From positions 2,036,911 to 2,100,910 of the forward strand of contig OZ257127.1 in the NCBI GenBank assembly GCA_965278965.1: 64,000 nt of DNA, read 5' to 3'. Positions 43,390-51,329 of this stretch are shown here, piece after piece. Numbering within the stretch: position 1 is the stretch's first letter; every line of letters starts with the position of its first letter. The stretch comes from Actinomycetes bacterium. Its GTDB lineage: Bacteria > Actinomycetota > Actinomycetes > S36-B12. The notes beneath the pieces are model-generated. The model worked only from the letters and a program-made list of their open reading frames with translations. It made no database searches and was not told the origin of the DNA. Position numbers and translations under genes: made by a program.

Positions 43390-45105
43390 ATGAGCAGCGA
43401 GCTGCGCAGCGCGCAGTGGTACGGCGGCGACGACCGCAACGCCTACATCCATCGGGCCTGGATGCGACGGGGGATCCCGGACGACGCGTTCGAGCGACCG
43501 CAGATCGCGATCGCGAACACCGCGTCGGACCTCACCCCGTGCAACGCGCACCTGTCGGAGGTGGCGCGATCGGTCCGTGACGGCGTGCACGCCGCTGGCG
43601 GCACGCCCCTCGAGCTGCCCGTCCTGTCGCTCGGCGAGACGCAGGTCCGGCCGACGGCGATGCTGTGGCGCAACCTTGCCGCGATGGCGATGGAGGAGAT
43701 GTTCCGCGCCAACCCGATCGACGGCCTGGTCCTCCTCGGCGGCTGCGACAAGACGATCCCGTCGCTGCTCATGGCGGCCGCCTCCGTGGACCTGCCGGCG
43801 GTGGTCGTGCCCGGCGGGCCGATGCTGACGGGCACGTACCGGGGCGTTGCGCTCGGCTGCGGGACGGACGTGTGGCGGCTGTCGGAGGAGGTCCGGGCCG
43901 GGACGCTCTCCGCCGGGGAGTTCAGCCGGTCGGAGTCGGCCATGATCCGCAGCCGCGGCCACTGCAACACGATGGGCACGGCGTCGACGATGGGCCTGCT
44001 CGCCGAGGCGCTCGGGATGGTGCCGCCGGGGCTCGCCGGGACGCCGGCGCCCGACAGCCGGCTGCTGGCCGGGGCGCACGATGCCGGGCGGCTCGCCACC
44101 GAGCTGGTCGCCGCGCAACGGCGGCCGTCCGAGGTCCTCACGACTGCGGCGTTCCACAACGCGATCGTCACGCTGGCCGCCATCGGTGGATCGACGAACG
44201 CCGTCGTCCACCTGCTGGCCATCGCCGGCCGCGTCGGCGTCGAGCTGACGCTCGACGACTTCGACCGGATCGGCTCGGGGGTCCCGGTGCTCGTCGACCT
44301 GCAGCCGGCCGGCCGGTTCCTGATGGACGACCTCTTCCGCGCCGGCGGGCTCCTGGCGGTGCTCCGAGAGGTGCGCGACCTGCTCGACCCCAGCGCCGTG
44401 ACGGTGACCGGGCGCCCGCTCGTGGACTACCTCGACGACGCCGGGGTCTGGGATGCGGAGGTGATCCGGCCGCGCGACCAGCCGCTGATGGACCACGGCG
44501 GGATCGCCGTCCTGCGCGGGAACCTGGCGCCGGACGGCGCCCTCATCAAGCCGGCCGCCGCGTCGCCGGAGCTCCTGCACCACCGCGGCCGTGCGGTCGT
44601 GTTCGACAGCGTCGAGGACTTCCACGCGCGGATCGATGACCCAGCGCTCGACGTCGACGCCGACTCGGTGCTCGTCCTGCGCGGCTGCGGGCCGAAGGGC
44701 TACCCGGGGATGCCCGAGGTCGCCAACCTGCCGCTGCCGCGCAAGCTCCTGGAGGCGGGCGTGCGCGACATGGTCCGGATCTGTGACGGCCGGATGAGTG
44801 GCACCGCGTACGGGACCGTCGTGCTGCACGTGGCTCCCGAGGCCGCCGCGGGCGGTCCGCTTGCGCGGATCCGGACCGGTGACGTCGTCGTCCTGGACGT
44901 GCCCGGGCGACGGATCGACGTCGAGGTCGACGCGGACGAGTTCGCGACGCGGGAGCCGAGCCCGGCGATGACGGCGGCGCTCGCCTCGCCCGGACGGGGC
45001 TGGGAGCGGCTCTACGTGGACCACGTCCGGCAGGCCGACACGGGTGCGGACCTGGACTTCCTGGTTGGCTCGAGCGGCCCGACAGTTGCCCGCGAGTCCC
45101 ACTGA
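43390..45105 (+). CDS. IlvD/Edd-family sugar-acid dehydratase
   Basis: LRSAQWYGGDDRNAYIHRAWM N-terminus (aldonate dehydratase style), plus GGCDKTIPS and RGHCNTMGTASTM Fe-S ligand motifs. Confidence 0.85.
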   Translation: MSSELRSAQWYGGDDRNAYIHRAWMRRGIPDDAFERPQIAIANTASDLTPCNAHLSEVARSVRDGVHAAGGTPLELPVLSLGETQVRPTAMLWRNLAAMAMEEMFRANPIDGLVLLGGCDKTIPSLLMAAASVDLPAVVVPGGPMLTGTYRGVALGCGTDVWRLSEEVRAGTLSAGEFSRSESAMIRSRGHCNTMGTASTMGLLAEALGMVPPGLAGTPAPDSRLLAGAHDAGRLATELVAAQRRPSEVLTTAAFHNAIVTLAAIGGSTNAVVHLLAIAGRVGVELTLDDFDRIGSGVPVLVDLQPAGRFLMDDLFRAGGLLAVLREVRDLLDPSAVTVTGRPLVDYLDDAGVWDAEVIRPRDQPLMDHGGIAVLRGNLAPDGALIKPAAASPELLHHRGRAVVFDSVEDFHARIDDPALDVDADSVLVLRGCGPKGYPGMPEVANLPLPRKLLEAGVRDMVRICDGRMSGTAYGTVVLHVAPEAAAGGPLARIRTGDVVVLDVPGRRIDVEVDADEFATREPSPAMTAALASPGRGWERLYVDHVRQADTGADLDFLVGSSGPTVARESH

Positions 45106-45111
45106 CCCATC

Positions 45112-45183
45112 CCGGACGTCCCGCTTTCCGGGACGTCCGGCACGACACGCGCGGGCGTGTCGGCGTGTCGTGCTGAACGTCCC
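45112..45183. repeat. 72-nt structured intergenic repeat, copy 2
   Basis: CCGGACGTCCCG-CTTTC-CGGGACGTCCGG (45112-45140), plus an 11-bp second stem GCACGACACGC/GCGTGTCGTGC (45140-45150 / 45163-45173). Confidence 0.8.
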
Positions 45184-45268
45184 AGGTGGTGTGGCCGGAC
45201 GTTGAGTTACTGCATACGGACTACAGAAACGGCGTACGCTGAGACTCCCGGACCACGAAGGAGCCCCG

Positions 45269-45790
45269 ATGCCCACGGACCAGTCCCGCGACCTGGAGAT
45301 GCTCCTCGCAGAGCGCGCGATCAGCCGGGTGATCCTGGCCTACAGCCGGGCGGTCGACCGGTACGACTTCGACGCCCTGGCGGACTGCTACTGGCCAGAG
45401 GGCACCGACGACCACGGATCCTTCCGCGGGTCGGCGGCGGACTTCGTCGAGTGGAACAAGGGTGCGCTGGCCCGCTTCGACATGACGAACCACTTCCTCG
45501 GCAACATCCTGATCGACGCCGACCTCGACACCGGTCGCGCCCGCGCCGAGACCTACGCCGTCGCGTACCACCGCTACACCGACGCCGACGGACAGCTGAC
45601 GGACATGACGGCCGGCCTGCGGTACATCGACGTGTTCGAGCGGCGCGGAGGGGACTGGCGGATCCTCGACCGCGTCATCGCCTACTCGTGGCGTCGCACC
45701 GACCCGGCCAACGGGCAGACGGGCTTCGCCGACGGCTACGTGCGCGGTATCCGGTCGATGGACGACGTCGTGTACACGATCGGCACCTGA
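45269..45790 (+). CDS. SnoaL-like / NTF2-fold protein
   Basis: 173 aa; LLAERAISRVILAYSRAVDRYDFDALADCYWPEG is typical of the SnoaL_4 family. Confidence 0.7.
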   Translation: MPTDQSRDLEMLLAERAISRVILAYSRAVDRYDFDALADCYWPEGTDDHGSFRGSAADFVEWNKGALARFDMTNHFLGNILIDADLDTGRARAETYAVAYHRYTDADGQLTDMTAGLRYIDVFERRGGDWRILDRVIAYSWRRTDPANGQTGFADGYVRGIRSMDDVVYTIGT

Positions 45791-45824
45791 CGCGACAGTT
45801 GGACCGGACGGCCTACTCACCCCT

Positions 45825-45845
45825 CGACGACGGAATCCGTCGTCG
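45825..45845 (+). terminator. Hairpin after the SnoaL-like gene
   Basis: CGACGACGG-AAT-CCGTCGTCG, a perfect 9-bp stem. Confidence 0.4.
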
Positions 45846-45908
45846 CGAGCCGCTTCCCATGCGGCGAATCGTTGGCTAGTCTGCCGGAAACCACGAATTG
45901 GAGTCCCG

Positions 45909-47333
45909 ATGACCACGGACGTGACCACCGCTGGCCAGACCCGCCCGGACCATGACCCGGCCTGCTGGCGCAGCCTGCCGGCGTCGTCGACCCCGATCGA
46001 CGCCGCCCGCGTCGAGGCGCTGCTGGCTGCCGAATGGGATCGGTTCACGTCGACGACCCCGGAGTCGGGGGCCCACAACGTTCGCGCGAGCCAGTCGCTG
46101 CCCCTGGGCGTCACGTCGTCCTTCCAGCACTGGGATCCCTACCCGATCTCGGTCGTCCGGGCCTCCGGCGCCTGGTTGACCGACGTCGACGGCCGGCAGC
46201 TGCTGGACCTGTCGATGGGCTTCGGGGCGATGCTCGTCGGCCATCTCAACCCGACCGTCGTCGCGAAGGTCGTCGCCGCGCTGGAGACGACGGGCACGCT
46301 GTTCGTCACGCCCTCCCCGACAGCGACCGAGGTCGCCGAGCGGTTCCAGGAGCGCTTCGGCCTCGACCGCCTCCGGTTCGCCAACTCCGGCACCGAGGCC
46401 ACGATGTACGCGCTGCGGACTGCGCGCGCGGCGACCGGGCGCAAGGCCATCGTCAAGATCGAGGGCGGCTACCACGGCGGCTACGACGCACTCACGGTGT
46501 CGGTGAAGCCGGGCGTCGACGAGGCCGGCCCGGAGGACGCCCCCGTCGCCGTGACCCCGTTCGACGTCGAGGCCGGCACGGTCTACGTCGTCCCCTACAA
46601 CGACCTCGAGCGCCTCGATGCCGTGCTGGGCGAGCATGCCGCCGAGGTGGCGTGCGTGTTCATGGAGCCGGTGCTGGAGAACATCGGGATCGTCCTTCCC
46701 GACGCCGGCTACCTCGTCGGCGTGCGCGAGGCCTGCGACCGGCACGGCGTGCTGCTGGTGTTCGACGAGGTCAAGACCGGGCTCACCGCGGGCTACGCCG
46801 GCGCATCGCAGCGTCTTGGCGTGCGGCCCGACCTCGTCACGCTCGCCAAGAGCATCGGTGGCGGCCTCCCGCTGGCGGCGTTCGGTGGTCGGGCCGACGT
46901 GATGGAGGCGGTGACCGACAACCGCATGCCGCACTTCGGCACGTACAACGGGAACCCGCTCGTCATGGCCGCTGCGGCTGCGGTTGATGAGATCTGCACC
47001 GTCGAGGCCCTCGCGGCCGCGGAGGCGGTCAACGTCGAGGCGATGCGCGCACTCGACGGGCTGATCGCCCGGTACGAGCTTCCGGCGCACACGGTCGGCT
47101 TCGGTGTGAAGGGAGCGGTGACCTGGTCGCCGCGGCCGGTCCGGAACTACCGCGACTACAAGCGCACCGACTTCGGCGTTGCCGAGCTGTCCTGGCTGTG
47201 GGGGGTCAACCGCGGCGTCCTGACCCCGCCCGGTCTGGACGAGCAGTGGCTCGTCTCCCTCGCGCACACGTCGGCCGACATGGGCACGCTGGTCACCGAG
47301 TTCGCGGAGCTGGCCGACGCGCTGCGCGCGTAG
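45909..47333 (+). CDS. Class-III (GSA-aminomutase-like) PLP aminotransferase
   Basis: ANSGTEATMYALRTARAATGR, VFDEVKTG and TLAKSIGGGLP (PLP lysine). Confidence 0.82.
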   Translation: MTTDVTTAGQTRPDHDPACWRSLPASSTPIDAARVEALLAAEWDRFTSTTPESGAHNVRASQSLPLGVTSSFQHWDPYPISVVRASGAWLTDVDGRQLLDLSMGFGAMLVGHLNPTVVAKVVAALETTGTLFVTPSPTATEVAERFQERFGLDRLRFANSGTEATMYALRTARAATGRKAIVKIEGGYHGGYDALTVSVKPGVDEAGPEDAPVAVTPFDVEAGTVYVVPYNDLERLDAVLGEHAAEVACVFMEPVLENIGIVLPDAGYLVGVREACDRHGVLLVFDEVKTGLTAGYAGASQRLGVRPDLVTLAKSIGGGLPLAAFGGRADVMEAVTDNRMPHFGTYNGNPLVMAAAAAVDEICTVEALAAAEAVNVEAMRALDGLIARYELPAHTVGFGVKGAVTWSPRPVRNYRDYKRTDFGVAELSWLWGVNRGVLTPPGLDEQWLVSLAHTSADMGTLVTEFAELADALRA

Positions 47334-47336
47334 CGC

Positions 47337-48080
47337 CTAGCGCACGGGCAGCCAGTCGAGCACGTCCTGGACCTGGCGGTCCCAGTACGACCAGCTGTGC
47401 CCGCCACGCCCGTAGCGCACGGTGGCCTCGACTCCCGCCTCCGTGCAGGCGGCGGAGAAGGCCTGCGTGGCGCCCAGCATGAAGTCGTCCTCGCCGCATG
47501 CGGCGTAGAGGGCCGGCAGCCGATGCGGATCGCTCGTCCGCAGCAGGTGCATAACGTCGGCGTCGGTCCCGTCGATGCCACCGGGGCCGAAGTCGCGGTC
47601 CAGCACCGCGCGGAACCACGGGTCCCGTCCTCCGTGCGAGTCCGACAGCGCCAGCACCCCGGACAGGCTCGCCGCCGCCGCGAAGCGGTCAGGCTGGCGC
47701 AACGCCCACCGCATCGCGCCATAGCCGCCCATCGAGACGCCGGCGACGAACGTGTTCTCACGGGCCGTCGAGACGCGCAGCATCGACGCCACCGTCGCCG
47801 GCAGCTCGTCGGTCAGATACGTCCAGTAGGGCAACCCGGCGACCTGGTCGGTGTAGAAGCTGTGCTGCACGGCCGGCATCACGACGGCGAGGTCGCGCCC
47901 GTCGACGTAGCGCTCGATCGCGGTCATCCGGGTCCAGGTCGAGTCGTCGTCGGACAGCCCGTGGAGCAGGTAGAGCACGCGCATCCCGTCGGAACGGTCG
48001 CTGCGCTCCGGGACCAGCAGGGTCAGCGACGTCGTGAGCTCCAGTGCCGACGAGTACGTCGAGCACCGCAGGAGGGCCAT
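47337..48080 (-). CDS. Esterase family protein (esterase D / CE1-like alpha/beta hydrolase)
   Basis: VLYLLHGLSDD and GVSMGGYGA (GxSxG). ATG 48080 lies within ORF 47337..48176. Confidence 0.78.
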   Translation of the reverse strand: MALLRCSTYSSALELTTSLTLLVPERSDRSDGMRVLYLLHGLSDDDSTWTRMTAIERYVDGRDLAVVMPAVQHSFYTDQVAGLPYWTYLTDELPATVASMLRVSTARENTFVAGVSMGGYGAMRWALRQPDRFAAAASLSGVLALSDSHGGRDPWFRAVLDRDFGPGGIDGTDADVMHLLRTSDPHRLPALYAACGEDDFMLGATQAFSAACTEAGVEATVRYGRGGHSWSYWDRQVQDVLDWLPVR

Positions 48081-48103
48081 GGCCGCCAACCTAGACTGCC
48101 GAG

Positions 48104-49006
48104 ATGCTCTCGCTGGCCGGCCTCGCTGCCCTCGTCGCCGAGCACGGCGATCCGTCGGCGCACCCGGTCGCGCCATTGCGCATCGGCGCGCGGTCGTACG
48201 ACGTCGACGAGTCGCCGGTGGTCATGGGCTGCCTGAACCTCTCGCGGGATTCGACCTACCGCGACAGCATCGCGGTCGGCTTGGCGTCCGCCGTGCGTCG
48301 CGCCCGCGTCATGGCTGCCGAGGGGGCGGCGCTGATCGACGTCGGGGCGGAGTCGAGCACGGCGGCCGCGGCTCGCGTGACCGCCGACGAGCAGGTCGCG
48401 GCGCTCGTGCCGGTCATCGAGGCGCTCGCCGGAGACGGCATCGCCGTGTCCGTCGAGACGTACGAGCCGGCGGTGGCGCAGGCCGGACTGGCGGCCGGTG
48501 CGTGCGTCCTCAACCTCACCGGGATCGAGCACCAGGACCGCATGCTGGACCTTGTGGCGGCGCACGACGCCACGGTGGTGCTCTGCTACGGCGGCGGGGC
48601 GAACGTCCGTGAGGTCACGGATCTGCAGATCGACGACGATCCGATCCCGCAGCTCGTCGACCACTTCGGCGAGCGCCTTGAGACGGCTCGTGCGCACGGC
48701 GTCGATCGCGTCGTCATCGACCCGGGCATGGGCTTTTACTACGGCAACCTGACCGACCCGATGACGCGCGCGCGGCACCAGGCGCGGGTCCTGCTCAGCG
48801 GGTTCCGGCTGCGCGTGCTGGGGGTCCCGATCTGCAACGCCCTACCGCACGCCTTCGACCTGTTCGAGGAGCACTTCCGTGGCGGCGAGGCGTTCTTCGC
48901 CGTCTGGGCGGTGCTCGGCGGCACGTCGGTGCTGCGAACCCACGAGGTCGCTCGGGTGCGTCCGGTCGTCGCGGCGATGCGTGAGCTGGCGGTGTCCGGC
49001 TCCTGA
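48104..49006 (+). CDS. Dihydropteroate synthase-like pterin-binding protein with degenerate motifs
   Basis: VMGCLNLSRDS, LIDVGAESS, SVETYEP and DPGMGF resemble the DHPS motifs. Several canonical residues differ. Confidence 0.65.
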   Translation: MLSLAGLAALVAEHGDPSAHPVAPLRIGARSYDVDESPVVMGCLNLSRDSTYRDSIAVGLASAVRRARVMAAEGAALIDVGAESSTAAAARVTADEQVAALVPVIEALAGDGIAVSVETYEPAVAQAGLAAGACVLNLTGIEHQDRMLDLVAAHDATVVLCYGGGANVREVTDLQIDDDPIPQLVDHFGERLETARAHGVDRVVIDPGMGFYYGNLTDPMTRARHQARVLLSGFRLRVLGVPICNALPHAFDLFEEHFRGGEAFFAVWAVLGGTSVLRTHEVARVRPVVAAMRELAVSGS

Positions 49007-49021
49007 CCCCCGGCCGCCCCT

Positions 49022-49180
49022 CCGTTTGTCCCGCTTTCTGGGACCCGCGGGCGACTCGGACCCCCGATCGGCCCTCAGCCACCCGCCAGTCCCGGATTGC
49101 GGGACAAACGGGTGGGTGGGACTGTTTCGCGCCCCCACCTGCGCGCCAGTCCCGCAAAGCGGGAGAAGCGGGACGGACGG
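49022..49180. repeat. Cluster of three GTCCCG-loop-CGGGAC-type hairpins in a convergent spacer
   Basis: GTCCCGCTTTCTGGGAC 49028-49044, GTCCCGGATTGCGGGAC 49089-49105 and GTCCCGCAAAGCGGGA 49149-49164. An 11-nt long-range inverted repeat is also present: CCGTTTGTCCC (49022-49032) / GGGACAAACGG (49101-49111). Confidence 0.75.
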
Positions 49181-49199
49181 GTGTCCCCCGGATCGGGTG

Positions 49200-49808
49200 T
49201 CAGTGGGTGAGGATCAGCTCGACCGTGATCACGATGATGCCCATGATCCCGTAGCCGAAGGCGAACCGGGTCTGCGGCCAGCGCCCGAGTCCGGCCATTC
49301 GCGCGGCGTACGACCCCCAGAAAGCCAGGCTCAAGATGCCTAGGACCTGCACGATGCCGATGATGTCGTTGGCGTCCATCTGCAGCAGCGACAGCAGGAC
49401 GATGACCGCCATGGGCGGGATCGCGACGTAGAGGTACTGCAGGTTGGTCGCGGCGATGTGCCGGCGGTCGTGCCCGTTCAGTCGGCGCCCGTTGCGTATC
49501 TGCAGATCGATCGCGTCGGAGAACGCGTGCGCCATGGCCAGCGCGAACAGCGGGGCGATCGACAGCCCGAACATCTCCAGCAACGGGCCGGGTCCGAACG
49601 GGTCGGTGCCCTCGTCGTACAGGGCGTAGGCCGTCATCAAGATGATCGTCGCGTACACGACGCGGTGGGCGTCGAAGTACAGCGGCCCGACGTGCATCGT
49701 CAGGTCGACCTCGCCGCCGGACACCACGTCGTGTGCGGGCTTGGTCGCCACGACGTCCTGCGGGGCCGGTCTCGTGTCGTCCGGCCCGTTCGCCGTCGGC
49801 TCGCTCAT
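49200..49808 (-). CDS. Integral membrane protein, function unknown
   Basis: 202 aa starting at ATG 49808 within ORF 49200..50459, with 4-5 TM helices (VVYATIILMTAYALY, IAPLFALAMAHAF, YGIMGIIVITVELIL). Confidence 0.6.
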   Translation of the reverse strand: MSEPTANGPDDTRPAPQDVVATKPAHDVVSGGEVDLTMHVGPLYFDAHRVVYATIILMTAYALYDEGTDPFGPGPLLEMFGLSIAPLFALAMAHAFSDAIDLQIRNGRRLNGHDRRHIAATNLQYLYVAIPPMAVIVLLSLLQMDANDIIGIVQVLGILSLAFWGSYAARMAGLGRWPQTRFAFGYGIMGIIVITVELILTH

Positions 49809-49916
49809 GGCGGAAGACTGCCATGAGCGACGTGTACGCGCTGGACGCCGGCAGCGGGGCGACGTCGCCCGCCCGGTGACGTGAACCTCCACCGCGCAGG
49901 GCGACGCGTTGCGAGG

Positions 49917-51329
49917 ATGGCCAGGCCGGACAGTCCTGCCCGGCCGCTGCCACCGAGGAGAGCCGTGCCCGCCATCGACCGTGATCGACTCGCCGACCTG
50001 CTCGTCCGCGAGCGCACGACGCACCGCGATCGGACGCCGGCATCCCGCGAGGCGTTCGACGCTGCTGACCACCTGTTCGGCCGGGTGCCGATGACGTGGA
50101 TGAACAAGTGGTCCGGCGGCTACCCGCTGTACCTGGCGACGGCCCAGGGCAACCGTGTCGTCGACCTGGACGGCAACGAGTACGTCGACTTCGCGCTGGG
50201 CGACACCGGCGCGATGGCGGGGCACTCGCCGGCGGCCACGGTCGATGCGGTGACGCGCCGGCTGGCCGTCGACGGCGGGATCACGACGATGATGCCGAGC
50301 GTCGACGCGGAGTGGGTCGCGGCGGAGCTCGCCCGGCGGTTCGGTCTCCCGCTGTGGTCGTACAGCCTGACCGCGACCGACGCGAACCGCTGGGCGCTGC
50401 GTATCGCGCGCCTGGTCACGGGTAGGCCCATGGTCGCTGCGTTCTCCTACTGCTACCACGGGTCGGTCGACGAGACGTTTGTCGTCAGGATGCCGGACGG
50501 CGGGACGGCGCCGCGCGAGGGCAATGTCGGCCCGGCCGTGCCGGTCGCCCAGACGACACGCGCGGCGGAGTTCAACGACCTCGCCTCCGTCGAGGCTGCC
50601 CTCGCCTCAGGCGACGTCGCTGTCCTCGTCATGGAACCGGCGCTGACGAACATCGGCATCGTCCTGCCCGAGCCCGGCTTCCTCGACGGCGTCCGCGAGC
50701 TGTGCACGCGCTACGGGACGTTGCTGCTGATCGATGAGACGCACACGATCTCGGCCGGCCCGGGTGGCTGCACCGCGGCGTGGGGCCTCACCCCGGACAT
50801 CGTGGTGATCGGCAAGAGCATCGGCGGCGGCATCCCGACCGGCGCCTATGGCCTGACGCAGGACGTCGCCGACCGCGTGCAGGCGCACGCGGACGCCGAC
50901 CTGGTCGACGTGGGCGGCGTGGGCGGCACCCTCGCCGGCAACGTGTTGTCCACGGCCGCGATGCGGGCGACGCTCGGGGAGGTCCTCACGGACGACGCGT
51001 TCGCGCACATGATTGCGCTGGGGACGGCGTTCCGCGAGGGCGTGGAGGAGACGCTCGGCGCGCTCGATGTGCCGTGGTCGATCGCCCAGCTCGGGGCGCG
51101 GGCGGAGTACCGCTTCTGCCGCCCGGCGCCACGGACGGGTACCGAGTCAGCGCAGGCGCACGACGAGGACCTCGAGGAGTACCTGCACCTGTACATGTCG
51201 AACCGTGGCGTGCTCATGACGCCGTTCCACAACATGGCGCTCATGTGCCCGACGACCACGCGCGCCGACGTCGACCTGCACACGATGTTGTTCCGGGACG
51301 CCGTCGTCGCTCTCGTCGACGTCCGGTGA
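49917..51329 (+). CDS. Class-III (GSA-aminomutase-like) PLP aminotransferase, distant paralog of 45909..47333
   Basis: LIDETHT and VIGKSIGGGIP (PLP lysine). The start is uncertain (ATG 49917; GTG 49881 is the alternative). Confidence 0.78.
   Translation: MARPDSPARPLPPRRAVPAIDRDRLADLLVRERTTHRDRTPASREAFDAADHLFGRVPMTWMNKWSGGYPLYLATAQGNRVVDLDGNEYVDFALGDTGAMAGHSPAATVDAVTRRLAVDGGITTMMPSVDAEWVAAELARRFGLPLWSYSLTATDANRWALRIARLVTGRPMVAAFSYCYHGSVDETFVVRMPDGGTAPREGNVGPAVPVAQTTRAAEFNDLASVEAALASGDVAVLVMEPALTNIGIVLPEPGFLDGVRELCTRYGTLLLIDETHTISAGPGGCTAAWGLTPDIVVIGKSIGGGIPTGAYGLTQDVADRVQAHADADLVDVGGVGGTLAGNVLSTAAMRATLGEVLTDDAFAHMIALGTAFREGVEETLGALDVPWSIAQLGARAEYRFCRPAPRTGTESAQAHDEDLEEYLHLYMSNRGVLMTPFHNMALMCPTTTRADVDLHTMLFRDAVVALVDVR

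Noticed and set aside
43339-45276. Upstream two thirds of the 945-aa ORF 42439..45276
   Set aside because: This part is antisense to the IlvD/Edd dehydratase gene. Only the C-terminal 299 codons (from ATG 43338) show SMP-30 lactonase motifs.
49022-49180. Possible CRISPR array, because of the repeated GTCCCG...CGGGAC units
   Set aside because: The units are short self-complementary hairpins with different loops and irregular spacing (about 45-60 bp, not constant). There are only three of them, with no cas genes in the window. This is REP-like, not CRISPR.
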